Positions 24,453 through 34,147 of a DNA stretch of 64,000 bases are shown in pieces. Origin of the DNA: a virus (taxonomy: Duplodnaviria > Caudoviricetes); the IMG/VR virus record IMGVR_UViG_3300025413_001239. One strand, written 5' to 3'. The notes beneath the pieces are model-generated. The model had not been told where the DNA came from and ran no database searches. It saw only the letters and a program-made list of their open reading frames with translations. Within the stretch, counting starts at the first letter, position 1. The number at the start of each line of letters is the position of its first letter. Made by a program: the position numbers and the translations under genes.

Positions 24453-25673
24453 CTACTTTTTATTAAGGAAAGCAATACATTTATTTATTATTTCTTGTTT
24501 ATTTCCCCATCGATATTCTGAATCCCAAATTACTAACACTTTATAACCTTCTTCAAGTGCAACATCTAATTTTCGTTTATCTTTATCCCACATTTCTTGT
24601 GCTGTAATGGTTTTTCTAAACGGATGTGGATAATCATCAGCTTTATATTTATTTGGATTTCCATGAAACATATCACCATGAAATTCAATTATCCGTTTAT
24701 TTTTAATATCGGTAAAATCATATAACCAAACACCACCTTCTTTTTTAGTTAATTTAAACTCACTATTATGTGTTGCGAAATGAACTTTATCCCTATCACT
24801 AATATCATATGTTTCTAAAATTTTATAGAACAAATCTTGAGATATTTTAGAATATCCAATAACTATATTACCATTGGTTAATAACGATTTTAACCATTTA
24901 TTTTGTCTTTCAGTAAAACGTTTTTTACCTTCTTCTTCACCATACTTTGCAATGCATTTTTCAAGACTAAAAGTTGACTGATGTTCTGATACATTTTGTT
25001 TTGCATCTTCTTTTGAATAACCTTTATTAACCCAATATTCTATATTGGATGGTATTAATCTAGTTTCAAAATCAACTTGTTTCGCAGCTTCAGTTTGGTT
25101 TTTACTAATTATATCTTTCGCCTCGTTTTCAGAATATCCTTTATTAACCCAGAAATCAGAATTTGTTGGTGTTAAACAAATACGTTTTATATCTTCATCA
25201 GAGTAACCTTTTTCTTTTAACATTTTTTTAGATTTACCATGATAAGTTTTAACACATTTAGATGATTTTTGTTGTTGTTTAGAAATTTCATTAATAGCTT
25301 CTTCTTTAGTGTAACCTTTATTAACCCAATATTCCTCACATAAACGATTCCTTTGTTTTAATTCTTCATTACGTTTATCCAATTCAACCAAAGCGTCTTT
25401 ATCATTCCAACCACGTTCAATCCAATATCCTAATTCTCCCCATTTTTTAGTTTTAAAACCATAATTTTTAACCAACCAACCACGCATTAACGATAACGAA
25501 ACAACACCTTCTTGTTCTTGTAATTTAATCATTAATGATTCCATTTTTTTTTTAATCGTTTCATTATCGTAGTGTATGTTTTTATCTAATTTTAAAACAT
25601 GGTCTTTAAACGTTTCTAAATCTGGAAACACTTCATTCACTTCTTTAATTCCTTTACTTGTTTTTATCTTCAT
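24453..25673 (-). CDS. Vsr-like (EDxHD-type) free-standing homing endonuclease
   Basis: LYDF...IIEFHGDMFHGNP...DKRK...GYKVLVIWDSE; four (Y/F)WxxKG(Y/W)-type repeats. Confidence 0.7.
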   Translation of the reverse strand: MKIKTSKGIKEVNEVFPDLETFKDHVLKLDKNIHYDNETIKKKMESLMIKLQEQEGVVSLSLMRGWLVKNYGFKTKKWGELGYWIERGWNDKDALVELDKRNEELKQRNRLCEEYWVNKGYTKEEAINEISKQQQKSSKCVKTYHGKSKKMLKEKGYSDEDIKRICLTPTNSDFWVNKGYSENEAKDIISKNQTEAAKQVDFETRLIPSNIEYWVNKGYSKEDAKQNVSEHQSTFSLEKCIAKYGEEEGKKRFTERQNKWLKSLLTNGNIVIGYSKISQDLFYKILETYDISDRDKVHFATHNSEFKLTKKEGGVWLYDFTDIKNKRIIEFHGDMFHGNPNKYKADDYPHPFRKTITAQEMWDKDKRKLDVALEEGYKVLVIWDSEYRWGNKQEIINKCIAFLNKK

Positions 25674-25719
25674 GACATCTATTTTATAATAAATATCATG
25701 AAGTTTTAAAAAGTTCGGA

Positions 25720-27531
25720 CTAATTGGTGTCGGGTACGATATTTTTTATATTAATAATTTTAATCTCACCAGTTAGTTTATTTCTAACTGTTATTTCTGT
25801 ATCACCACAAATACACTTACCAACACCTGTTGGACCTAAAAAGATGAATGTACCAACTGGTTTATTTTTAGGCTTAATACCAATACGATTTCTCTTGATG
25901 GCTTTAACAACTTTAGCAACAGCTTCGTCTTGACCTATGACTTTACCAGTTAACTCCTTATCAAGGGTAAGTAATTTTTTACTTTCTTGGGTTGAGATTT
26001 TAGTTAATGGGATACCAGTCATCATCGATACAACTTCGGATATTTGTTCAACACCAACAATTGTTTCTCTTTTTTCAAGCTTAGTAGTCCAAGCTTTCAT
26101 AGCGGCTTCTAGTTGCTCATTGATTTTGTTTTGTTCATCCCTAATTTTTGCAGCGTCTTCGTATTTTTGTTTGCTAACAACTTCTTTTTTCCTGATGATA
26201 AGTTTGTTTTTCTTATCTTCAAGGTCCTTAATATTCTGTGGTTTTTCAAGACTAATATTAGTTGCAGCACCAGCTTCATCCATAACATCTATGGCCTTAT
26301 CTGGCATTGACCTTTCCATGATGTATCTATCAGAAAGCTTCACACATTCTTCAATAGCTTCGTCAGTATAAACAACGTTATGGTGTTTTTCATACTTTTC
26401 TTTAATATTTTGAAGAATAACCTTAGTTTCTTCGAGGGTTGGTTCCTCAACAAGAACTTGTTGAAATCTTCTTGTTAAAGCACCATCTTTTTCGATGTGC
26501 TCACGATATTCATCAAGGGTTGTTGCGCCGATGATTTGTATTTCACCACGAGCCAATGCTGGTTTAAAGATGTTACTAGCATCTAAGGCACCAGATGCGT
26601 TACCAGCACCAACGATTGTATGTAATTCATCGATGAATAAAATGATATCTGTGTTTGCTTTACATTCTTCAAGAACGGCTTTCATTCTTTCTTCAAATTG
26701 ACCACGATACTTGGTGCCAGCAACAAGAGAAGCTAATTCAAGTGAATAAATCTTTTTATTAGCTATAATTCTAGGTGCGTTACCTTCTTTAATAAGAAGT
26801 GCAAGCCCTTCAACGATTGAGGATTTACCAACACCTGGTTCACCGATGATAACTGGGTTGTTTTTCTTTCTACGAGAAAGAATTTGTGAAATCCTCTTGA
26901 TTTCGTTAGTACGCCCAACTACTGGGTCGATTTCATTTTTTTCTACTGCTTTGCTGATATCTCTACAGAAATTATCCAACACTGGTGTTTTACCACCATC
27001 AGATTTTCTTTTAGATTTTCTAAAACGTTCTGAATCGTTTGTAAAATCATCTTGTACATCTTCATCGTCCATCGGACCGTTTTTAAAGTTTTCTTTACTT
27101 TGCATTATCATTTTTTTAAATGTTACATAATTGACACCGAATTCATTTAATATATCAGAAATCGGTGTTTTAAAGGCTAAAATAGACAATAATAAGTGTC
27201 TTGTGTCGATTACTTTATCATTAAGTTTCTCACATTCACTATCTATTATTTTAAATACATGTTTAGCATCTTCAGAGAAGATTATATTATTACTAAATTT
27301 GACTAGTACTCTTGGTGTTAAATCGCTTCTTAGGTAATCATAAACAGCGATTTGTAATGCACTAATATCAATTTTATTCTTTGTTAGAATTTCTACACAC
27401 TCATTATCGTTATCGTTTAATAGTGATATAACTAAGTGTTCTGGTTTAACTTTATTATCATCAAAGCTTTTAGCTTCTTCATTAGCTTTATTAATAATAA
27501 ATTTAACCTTAGGATATATTTCTCTATTCAT
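25720..27531 (-). CDS. clpC: ClpC N-terminal part (Clp-N, AAA1, UVR-like coiled coil, start of AAA2) plus a 31-aa N-intein
   Basis: [49 protein letters not shown] and [11 protein letters not shown]|CICGDTEI. Confidence 0.92.
   Translation of the reverse strand: MNREIYPKVKFIINKANEEAKSFDDNKVKPEHLVISLLNDNDNECVEILTKNKIDISALQIAVYDYLRSDLTPRVLVKFSNNIIFSEDAKHVFKIIDSECEKLNDKVIDTRHLLLSILAFKTPISDILNEFGVNYVTFKKMIMQSKENFKNGPMDDEDVQDDFTNDSERFRKSKRKSDGGKTPVLDNFCRDISKAVEKNEIDPVVGRTNEIKRISQILSRRKKNNPVIIGEPGVGKSSIVEGLALLIKEGNAPRIIANKKIYSLELASLVAGTKYRGQFEERMKAVLEECKANTDIILFIDELHTIVGAGNASGALDASNIFKPALARGEIQIIGATTLDEYREHIEKDGALTRRFQQVLVEEPTLEETKVILQNIKEKYEKHHNVVYTDEAIEECVKLSDRYIMERSMPDKAIDVMDEAGAATNISLEKPQNIKDLEDKKNKLIIRKKEVVSKQKYEDAAKIRDEQNKINEQLEAAMKAWTTKLEKRETIVGVEQISEVVSMMTGIPLTKISTQESKKLLTLDKELTGKVIGQDEAVAKVVKAIKRNRIGIKPKNKPVGTFIFLGPTGVGKCICGDTEITVRNKLTGEIKIINIKNIVPDTN
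25723..25815 (-). mobile_element. Split intein, N-fragment (31 aa)
   Basis: Cys1 directly after the Walker A Lys; block [11 protein letters not shown]; stop codon after 31 residues. Confidence 0.8.
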
Positions 27532-27621
27532 TAATTATTTTTTGCAAAGATACGGTAAAAAAACTTAAATATCAAGTTGACATTATAATTTTTTTTTAGT
27601 ATCTTTGCATAAATAAAATAT

Positions 27622-27807
27622 ATGTACGAAAAAAAAATTGAATTATTATTAATAAGTGGTTCTTCTGTGATTAAAGTTGAACACTTAGAATGTAGTTACA
27701 GTTATCAAAGTAACTATATTATAATCTGTGAAAATAAAGATGATTCACTGATATGTACCCCTTACGAATTATCGAGGGTTAAATCGTTTAAAATTACACG
27801 TCAATGA
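27622..27807 (+). CDS. Hypothetical protein
   Basis: Behind a TATCTTTG promoter (27600); ATGA overlap with the next gene. Confidence 0.55.
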   Translation: MYEKKIELLLISGSSVIKVEHLECSYSYQSNYIIICENKDDSLICTPYELSRVKSFKITRQ

Positions 27808-28250
27808 TATTAAAAAAACAAGAGAAAGATGGTTTAGTAAAAGCAATGTATGATTCATCAAACATAATTGCTTCAATTTATAACTCTAAAAATAATGATT
27901 TAGAGATTGTATTTAAGTCTGGTACAAAATATAGATATAGTAATGTATCTAAATCAGATTACATGAGATTTGAAATTGATGAAAGTCAAGGCAAAATTTT
28001 TAATAGTCACATTAAAAAATATGATGCGACAAAATTAGAGAATGTCGATATTACTAAGATTCTGGATGAAACAACTTCATTAAAAAAACAAGAGCATGAA
28101 GCTTTGGTTTTAGCTAAAAAAGAACGTCTTATAAAAACAATGAAAGGTATTGTATTATTAGCTGATGGTGGAAGACCATTTGTTGATAATCTTGAAACAC
28201 TTAAAACTGAAATTGACGAATACGTCAATAAATTAAAAGAAGAGGTGTGA
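27804..28250 (+). CDS. KTSC domain protein
   Basis: DSSNI...Y....LEIVFKSG..YRY..V....Y..F....SQGKIFN. Confidence 0.8.
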   Translation: MILKKQEKDGLVKAMYDSSNIIASIYNSKNNDLEIVFKSGTKYRYSNVSKSDYMRFEIDESQGKIFNSHIKKYDATKLENVDITKILDETTSLKKQEHEALVLAKKERLIKTMKGIVLLADGGRPFVDNLETLKTEIDEYVNKLKEEV

Positions 28251-28300
28251 GTAATAAATCAACAAGATGATAAAGGAATTAATTTTAAATTTATAATATT

Positions 28301-30724
28301 ATGAAAAATGGGTTAGATGAACAATATATCGAATTATTAGAGGATATATTAAAAAATGGTATTGAAAAAGAAACCAGAAATGGTAAGGTATTATCTGTTT
28401 TTGGACGTGAAATTAGATATAAATTTAAAGATGGTAAATTTCCACTTATAACTACCAAAAAAATGTACTTTAAGGGTATTGTAACTGAATTACTATGGTT
28501 CTTACAAGGACGTACTGATTTACGTTATTTACTTGAGAACGATTGTAATATTTGGACGGGAGACGCTTATAAGAGATATATTTTTAATTCAGAATGGTAT
28601 CCAATTGCTGGTTCACCTAGTGGATTTATTGGCACTAAATCTGATAGTGATGAAATAATGACACAAGGAATATTCATTGAACGTATTAAAACAGACGATG
28701 AGTTTTCAAGGACATGGGGTGATTTAGGACCTGTGTATGGGTCTGGTTGGCGTAATTGGAAGTTCACAGATAAGTTTACAAATGGAGAACAGATTACTTA
28801 TGTAAATGGAAAGGTAGACCAGATTGCAAACTTAATCGAAGACCTTAAAACAAATCCAGATTCTCGCAGACTTATGGTAAATGCGTGGAATTGTTCAGAG
28901 CTCGACCAAATGGTTTTACCACCATGCTTTACTGAAGATATGATGGTTGCATGTGTGGATGGTTATAGGAAAATATCTGAAATAACCACTAACGATTTGG
29001 TGTTAACTGAAGATTGTTCTTATCAAAAAGTTTATGAACTACATGAAACAATGTATAATGGCGATTTAATTAAATTTAAAGTATTTGGCAATACTAAATA
29101 TATAACATGCACCCCTAATCATCCGTTTTTAATTAAAGATAAAGGTTATATTAGTGCTAATGAAATAATTGAAGATGATTACTTAGCGATACCTATAAAT
29201 AGAAATTCAATTATACCGTCATTTGATACGTTGTTAAAATGCAACCAATATGGTGAAAAATTAGTAACCACAAAATTAGATAATTTTGATTATTGGTTTT
29301 TAATGGGGTATTTTATGGGAGATGGTTGGTTAATAAGTTCAAAAGAAGAGGTTTGTTTTGTAATAAATGACAACCAAACGGATTTAATACTACCTAGATT
29401 AAAAAATATAATAGGTTTAGCTAAATTAAATAATTCTGGTATTAATTGCACAAAATATGTCGGTAAGAAAAAACAAGTTTTTGAAATTTTATCTATGTTT
29501 GGAAAATATGCTGATGGCAAATTTATACCAAAATTTGTTTATGATGCGCCTAAGGAGTACATTGAACAATTTATTGAAGGTTATTTTATGGCCGATGGGT
29601 GTAAAACAAAAGACGGTATAAGTTATAGTACAGTATCTGAAAATATTGCGTATGGGGTACAATTACTATATGCAAAGTTAGGTGTTAAAGTTAGTGTATA
29701 TTTTCAAAATAGACCTAAAAAAAAGGTTATTGAGGGGCGTGAGGTAAACCAAAAAAATACATTTTCAATAAATGTATACAAACAAAAAAATAAAACAAAA
29801 AAATATATTTTAGACACCGACTATTTGTGGGTTAAAATTAAAGAAATTAATAAAATTAATTTTAATGGTTATGTTTATAATATATCGGTTGGTAACAATC
29901 ACACGTATAACGTGTACAATCTAATCAACCATAATTGTCATTATGGATTTCAATGTTATACTAGAGAATTGGGTTTGGAAGAAAGAAGAGAGATTGCTAG
30001 AAATAAATTAAATTCTATAGAATGGGGTGATGTTATTAAATTAGCTCATTACAATGAGACTTATGATAAGTATAATATACCAACCAGAGCATTATCATTG
30101 AAATGGAATCAACGTTCAGTTGATACACCATTAGGTTTGCCATTTAATATAGCATCTTATGGTCTATTGTTAGAGATACTTGCAAAAGAAGTTAACATGG
30201 TACCAGATGAATTGATTGGTGGTCTTGGTGATTGTCATATTTACTTAAACCAAATTGAAGGTGTTAAAGAACAGATTGGAAGAGAATATACAGTTGAAGA
30301 GGGTTTACCTAAAACGATTAAATTAATAGGTTACGGTAAAGAATTGGAATTTTCATTGACAGATAAAAGAGAAATAGAATATTATGGTAAAACCGAAGGT
30401 AGCAATGAAACTTTGTGGAGAACTGAAAAATTTAAAGATAATGAAGTATTCTACCAGACAGAATTTGGATGGGGTGTTTTTCTAAATACTGACACTTTTG
30501 AAACTGTCACATACGATGGAACTGAATGGGGTGGTCAAAAAATAAACATCTCTAAGAGAACTCGTGAACCGTTTCCGTTACCAAGACTTAAGCACATGAA
30601 AACTGATGCTTTCTATAAGTCATTATCTGAAGACCAATCGTTGTATGGACATTTAGATAATAAAGATTTTCAAATTGAGAATTATCAATCACATCCGTCA
30701 ATTAAATTTCCGTTAAGTAACTAA
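28301..30724 (+). CDS. thyA: Thymidylate synthase with intein
   Basis: FPLITTKK, ELLWFL, DLGPVYG, PDSRR, LPP|..|CH, QRSVD..LGLPFN and GDCHIY. Confidence 0.95.
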   Translation: MKNGLDEQYIELLEDILKNGIEKETRNGKVLSVFGREIRYKFKDGKFPLITTKKMYFKGIVTELLWFLQGRTDLRYLLENDCNIWTGDAYKRYIFNSEWYPIAGSPSGFIGTKSDSDEIMTQGIFIERIKTDDEFSRTWGDLGPVYGSGWRNWKFTDKFTNGEQITYVNGKVDQIANLIEDLKTNPDSRRLMVNAWNCSELDQMVLPPCFTEDMMVACVDGYRKISEITTNDLVLTEDCSYQKVYELHETMYNGDLIKFKVFGNTKYITCTPNHPFLIKDKGYISANEIIEDDYLAIPINRNSIIPSFDTLLKCNQYGEKLVTTKLDNFDYWFLMGYFMGDGWLISSKEEVCFVINDNQTDLILPRLKNIIGLAKLNNSGINCTKYVGKKKQVFEILSMFGKYADGKFIPKFVYDAPKEYIEQFIEGYFMADGCKTKDGISYSTVSENIAYGVQLLYAKLGVKVSVYFQNRPKKKVIEGREVNQKNTFSINVYKQKNKTKKYILDTDYLWVKIKEINKINFNGYVYNISVGNNHTYNVYNLINHNCHYGFQCYTRELGLEERREIARNKLNSIEWGDVIKLAHYNETYDKYNIPTRALSLKWNQRSVDTPLGLPFNIASYGLLLEILAKEVNMVPDELIGGLGDCHIYLNQIEGVKEQIGREYTVEEGLPKTIKLIGYGKELEFSLTDKREIEYYGKTEGSNETLWRTEKFKDNEVFYQTEFGWGVFLNTDTFETVTYDGTEWGGQKINISKRTREPFPLPRLKHMKTDAFYKSLSEDQSLYGHLDNKDFQIENYQSHPSIKFPLSN
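28925..29935 (+). mobile_element. Intein (337 aa) with LAGLIDADG endonuclease in thyA
   Basis: CFTEDM start, TPNHPF, LMGYFMGDG, FIEGYFMADG, VYNISV and NHN|C. Confidence 0.9.
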
Positions 30725-30918
30725 TGACATTAGAATCACAATATAAGCAGTATTTAGAACAACATCCAGAATCTACGTTTACTTTTGAAGAATGGAAAAC
30801 TTGGTTTGGACTTAAAATAAAGGAAGCGTTCAAGGATAAAATACTCTGTCATAAACATGGAACGATGTATCAAATACATGAGCCATGTCCGAAGTGTTTA
30901 GAAGAAAAAAATAATTAA
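30724..30918 (+). CDS. Small Zn-finger-like protein
   Basis: CHKH...CPKC; coupled to the thyA stop. Confidence 0.5.
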   Translation: MTLESQYKQYLEQHPESTFTFEEWKTWFGLKIKEAFKDKILCHKHGTMYQIHEPCPKCLEEKNN

Positions 30919-30960
30919 TTGTAAAAAACACATATTTATTAATAAGAAAAATAAAATAAA

Positions 30961-31323
30961 ATGAAAGATTTCTCACTATCAAAATTAAACGATTATATAG
31001 CGGATAAATTATCCTTGATTTTATCAATGATGATAACTTTTTATCTTGTTACAGCATTAGTTATAATCCCATTGTTTTATCCTGGTGCACCAACTACTCT
31101 TGTAACTTGGGCACAATATTTATGTTCGGTTGTATTTCAAGGTATTGCTTTACCAGTGTTAGGTTATACTGCTAGGAAAGCATCAGATAAATCCGATGCG
31201 TTAATGGCTAAGATGTTTGAAATGACAGAAGAAATCGACCGTTTAGTTAAGAATATAAAAGTACAAGAAGATATTATTGAAAAAGAAGTTGGGGAAGTTT
31301 TAATACTAGAAAAAAATAAATAA
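30961..31323 (+). CDS. Membrane protein
   Basis: Two hydrophobic segments and a coiled-coil tail. Confidence 0.6.
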   Translation: MKDFSLSKLNDYIADKLSLILSMMITFYLVTALVIIPLFYPGAPTTLVTWAQYLCSVVFQGIALPVLGYTARKASDKSDALMAKMFEMTEEIDRLVKNIKVQEDIIEKEVGEVLILEKNK

Positions 31324-31346
31324 TTTATGTAAAACCCTATAAAAAG

Positions 31347-32042
31347 ATGAATCAGGAATTAACTATTGTTATACCTTGTAAAAATGAAGGTAGATTGGTT
31401 ATCACTACATTAAAATTGTTACAAAAACAAGAAATTGATTGTGAGATAATAATTGCTGATTCATCGACAGATGATACTATAAGTTCATTAATTAACTATA
31501 AGAATAATTCATTACAAGATATAAAATTAGTTGGTGGTGGTTTACCATCAATCGCTAGAAATAATGGTGCTAAATTTGTTACAACACCTTATGTTTTATT
31601 TTTAGATGCTGATATTCTTTTACGTAATCATAATGTAATTATTAATTGTTTAGATACAATTATTAAGAAAGACTTAGATTTAGTTACTTGTAAGTTTCAC
31701 ACATCAGAAAAAAAATTTGATTACATATATCGTTGGTTTGATGTTATACAATGGGTTTCATCTAAAACTAAGCCATTTGCTATTGGTGGGTTTATGTTAT
31801 TTAATGTTGAGACATTTAGAAAGTTAGGTGGGTTTAATGAAAATGATAAAATAGCTGAAGATTATCATTTAAGCTCTAAAATACAACCAAAAAAATTTAA
31901 AATAGTAAACGTTTACGCACACACGCCAGCAAGAAGATTTATTAAAAAAGGTCTTTCTTATATGGTTAAATTAGCTTGGAATTCATGGTTAAATAGAAAT
32001 AACGATGAGTGGTTTACACACGATTACAATTACTGGAAATGA
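31347..32042 (+). CDS. Glycosyltransferase family 2
   Basis: IVIPCKNE, IIADSS, ARNNGA, LFLDAD and GGFNE...AED. Confidence 0.9.
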   Translation: MNQELTIVIPCKNEGRLVITTLKLLQKQEIDCEIIIADSSTDDTISSLINYKNNSLQDIKLVGGGLPSIARNNGAKFVTTPYVLFLDADILLRNHNVIINCLDTIIKKDLDLVTCKFHTSEKKFDYIYRWFDVIQWVSSKTKPFAIGGFMLFNVETFRKLGGFNENDKIAEDYHLSSKIQPKKFKIVNVYAHTPARRFIKKGLSYMVKLAWNSWLNRNNDEWFTHDYNYWK

Positions 32043-32761
32043 AATATAAAGCTATTATAGTATCTGATTTACACTTAGGTACAAAGGATTCTAAGGCCAA
32101 GGAATTTATTGACTTTTTAGATACACATCAAACTGATTTACTAATACTTAATGGTGATATTGTTGATGGTTGGGCTTTAAATAGAGGTGCTAAATGGAGA
32201 AAACAACATACAAAGGTTGTATCAAAGATTCTTAAACTCTCCAATAAAACAAAAATAATTTGGATAAGAGGTAACCACGATGAATTTCTTACAGAATTTA
32301 TTGGTTCTAGTTTTGGAAATATAGAAATTCGTGAAGATTATAAATTACAATTAGGAGAATTAAGTTATTACGTATTTCATGGTGACGTTATTGATGTATT
32401 CATAACAAAGTATAAGTGGCTTGCAAAATTAGGTTCTATTGGTTATGATTTAGCCTTATGGGTTAATAGACTTTATAATCGTTATAGGAAGCTTAGGAAA
32501 TTACCATATCAATCAATATCACAGGATATAAAAGCTAAAGTTAAAGCAGCAACTAATTACATTAACGATTTTGAAACCGCTGCAATTAAGTTAGCAAATC
32601 AGCATGGTTGTCAAGGAGCAATATGTGGGCATATTCATCAACCAGCAAATACGTTAGTTTCGAACGCACATTATTTAAACTCTGGTGATTGGGTTGAGAA
32701 TAGAACCGCAATCATTTTGGATTCTGAAAATACCTTCACTTTATTTACATTCAAAGAATAA
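32039..32761 (+). CDS. UDP-2,3-diacylglucosamine hydrolase-like metallophosphoesterase
   Basis: SDLHLG, NGDIVD, GNHD, HGD, CGHIH and NSGDWVE; ATGA overlap with GT2. Confidence 0.8.
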   Translation: MKYKAIIVSDLHLGTKDSKAKEFIDFLDTHQTDLLILNGDIVDGWALNRGAKWRKQHTKVVSKILKLSNKTKIIWIRGNHDEFLTEFIGSSFGNIEIREDYKLQLGELSYYVFHGDVIDVFITKYKWLAKLGSIGYDLALWVNRLYNRYRKLRKLPYQSISQDIKAKVKAATNYINDFETAAIKLANQHGCQGAICGHIHQPANTLVSNAHYLNSGDWVENRTAIILDSENTFTLFTFKE

Positions 32762-32888
32762 AAAAATTTTCTAAAAAATGGTGGAATTAAGTGTGTAGTT
32801 GAATAACTCTATAAAGCTAAAATAAATTAAAAGCACCATTTTTTGGTGCTTTTTTTATTTTGTTGATATTTATAATAAAACATAGATT

Positions 32889-33140
32889 ATGCCATTATTA
32901 AATGATATACATTCGATTATTGTACCAGCATCACAAGCAAATTTTTCAGCACATTCATATACTGAAATTTATTCTGGTAACGGTGACTGGACTTACATAA
33001 ATGGGTCTGGCCCAATATTCTTGGGTGGTGGTTCATCGGTTAAAGTTAAATTAGGTAGTTACAGTGCTGCAACATCAAATACGCTTTCCTTTATGGGTGA
33101 AAATGTTAATAACAGAACGGATGGTCCAATATTCTTATAA
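32889..33140 (+). CDS. Hypothetical late protein
   Basis: ATATTTAT at 32866. Confidence 0.55.
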   Translation: MPLLNDIHSIIVPASQANFSAHSYTEIYSGNGDWTYINGSGPIFLGGGSSVKVKLGSYSAATSNTLSFMGENVNNRTDGPIFL

Positions 33141-33181
33141 TATTTGGATTTAAGCTAATATTTATTTAAAAACAAAAACAT

Positions 33182-34147
33182 ATGCAAAATAGAATAGTAC
33201 CAGTTGGCCTTAAGGGTAAAGAAATAACTGAACGTATGATACAATTAATGGGTATTACACCTATTAATGAAAACAGAAAAACTTCTGTTGTTGAATTAAC
33301 AAAAAAAGGACCAGATGGTAAAATTTATGGTATCGTAAGAGAAAACCATGAATATTATATCAAAACAACAAATAAGACTAAAGACCTTGTTGTTGAGGAT
33401 TTTACATACATTGGTGGTCTTAAGAATAAAAAATCTGAAGCTTATAGTTCATATGCTAAGGCTATTAAGCAATTAAATCTTAAATTTAAGAGTCTTAATG
33501 AAGCTTACGGTGTATCTGAAAATATTAATGTATTTGAAAGTGATAGACTTCTTAAAGAAGATGTTGCTGGTTTTTATCAACCAACGGGTTCTGGATTTTC
33601 AAATGAAGGAAATATGGAAGGTCATAATATGAGTGAATGTTGCGGTGCACCAATGATGGAAGGTATGTGTTCAGAATGTGGTGGTACAGGTATGTATAAT
33701 GGCATGGGTGGTATGGAAGAAGAATCTATGAAAATGGATGAATTTGACAAGCCAACTATGGATAAATTTAAAGACCAATATGGTGATAAAAGAGGTCAAG
33801 CAGTTTACTACGCTACAGCTAATAAGCAAGACCGTGACCCAGAAACATTTGAAAAGAATGAAGGCTTCGGTATGGAAGATGAAGGTTGGGGTATGGAAGA
33901 AGGTTATGACTTAGATGAAGTTAATCAAGCAGTTCAAGATATGATGGATGAAGAAGAAGAAATGTCAGCAAAAGATAAAGAATTTGCGGCTTTAGCTAAA
34001 CCATACGATAAGATTACATATGCTGATAAGATTGCTGGTGCAAAAATGCATGAAAACAAATTATCGATAGCTAGGTCTATTGAACAAATGGATGATATTA
34101 TTGACTATGTTTTGGGTGGTAAAAAAAAAGTCTATACGTTAAAATAA
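33182..34147 (+). CDS. Acidic head-region protein
   Basis: Many (I/L/M)xE motifs; ends just after an A9 run. Confidence 0.75.
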   Translation: MQNRIVPVGLKGKEITERMIQLMGITPINENRKTSVVELTKKGPDGKIYGIVRENHEYYIKTTNKTKDLVVEDFTYIGGLKNKKSEAYSSYAKAIKQLNLKFKSLNEAYGVSENINVFESDRLLKEDVAGFYQPTGSGFSNEGNMEGHNMSECCGAPMMEGMCSECGGTGMYNGMGGMEEESMKMDEFDKPTMDKFKDQYGDKRGQAVYYATANKQDRDPETFEKNEGFGMEDEGWGMEEGYDLDEVNQAVQDMMDEEEEMSAKDKEFAALAKPYDKITYADKIAGAKMHENKLSIARSIEQMDDIIDYVLGGKKKVYTLK

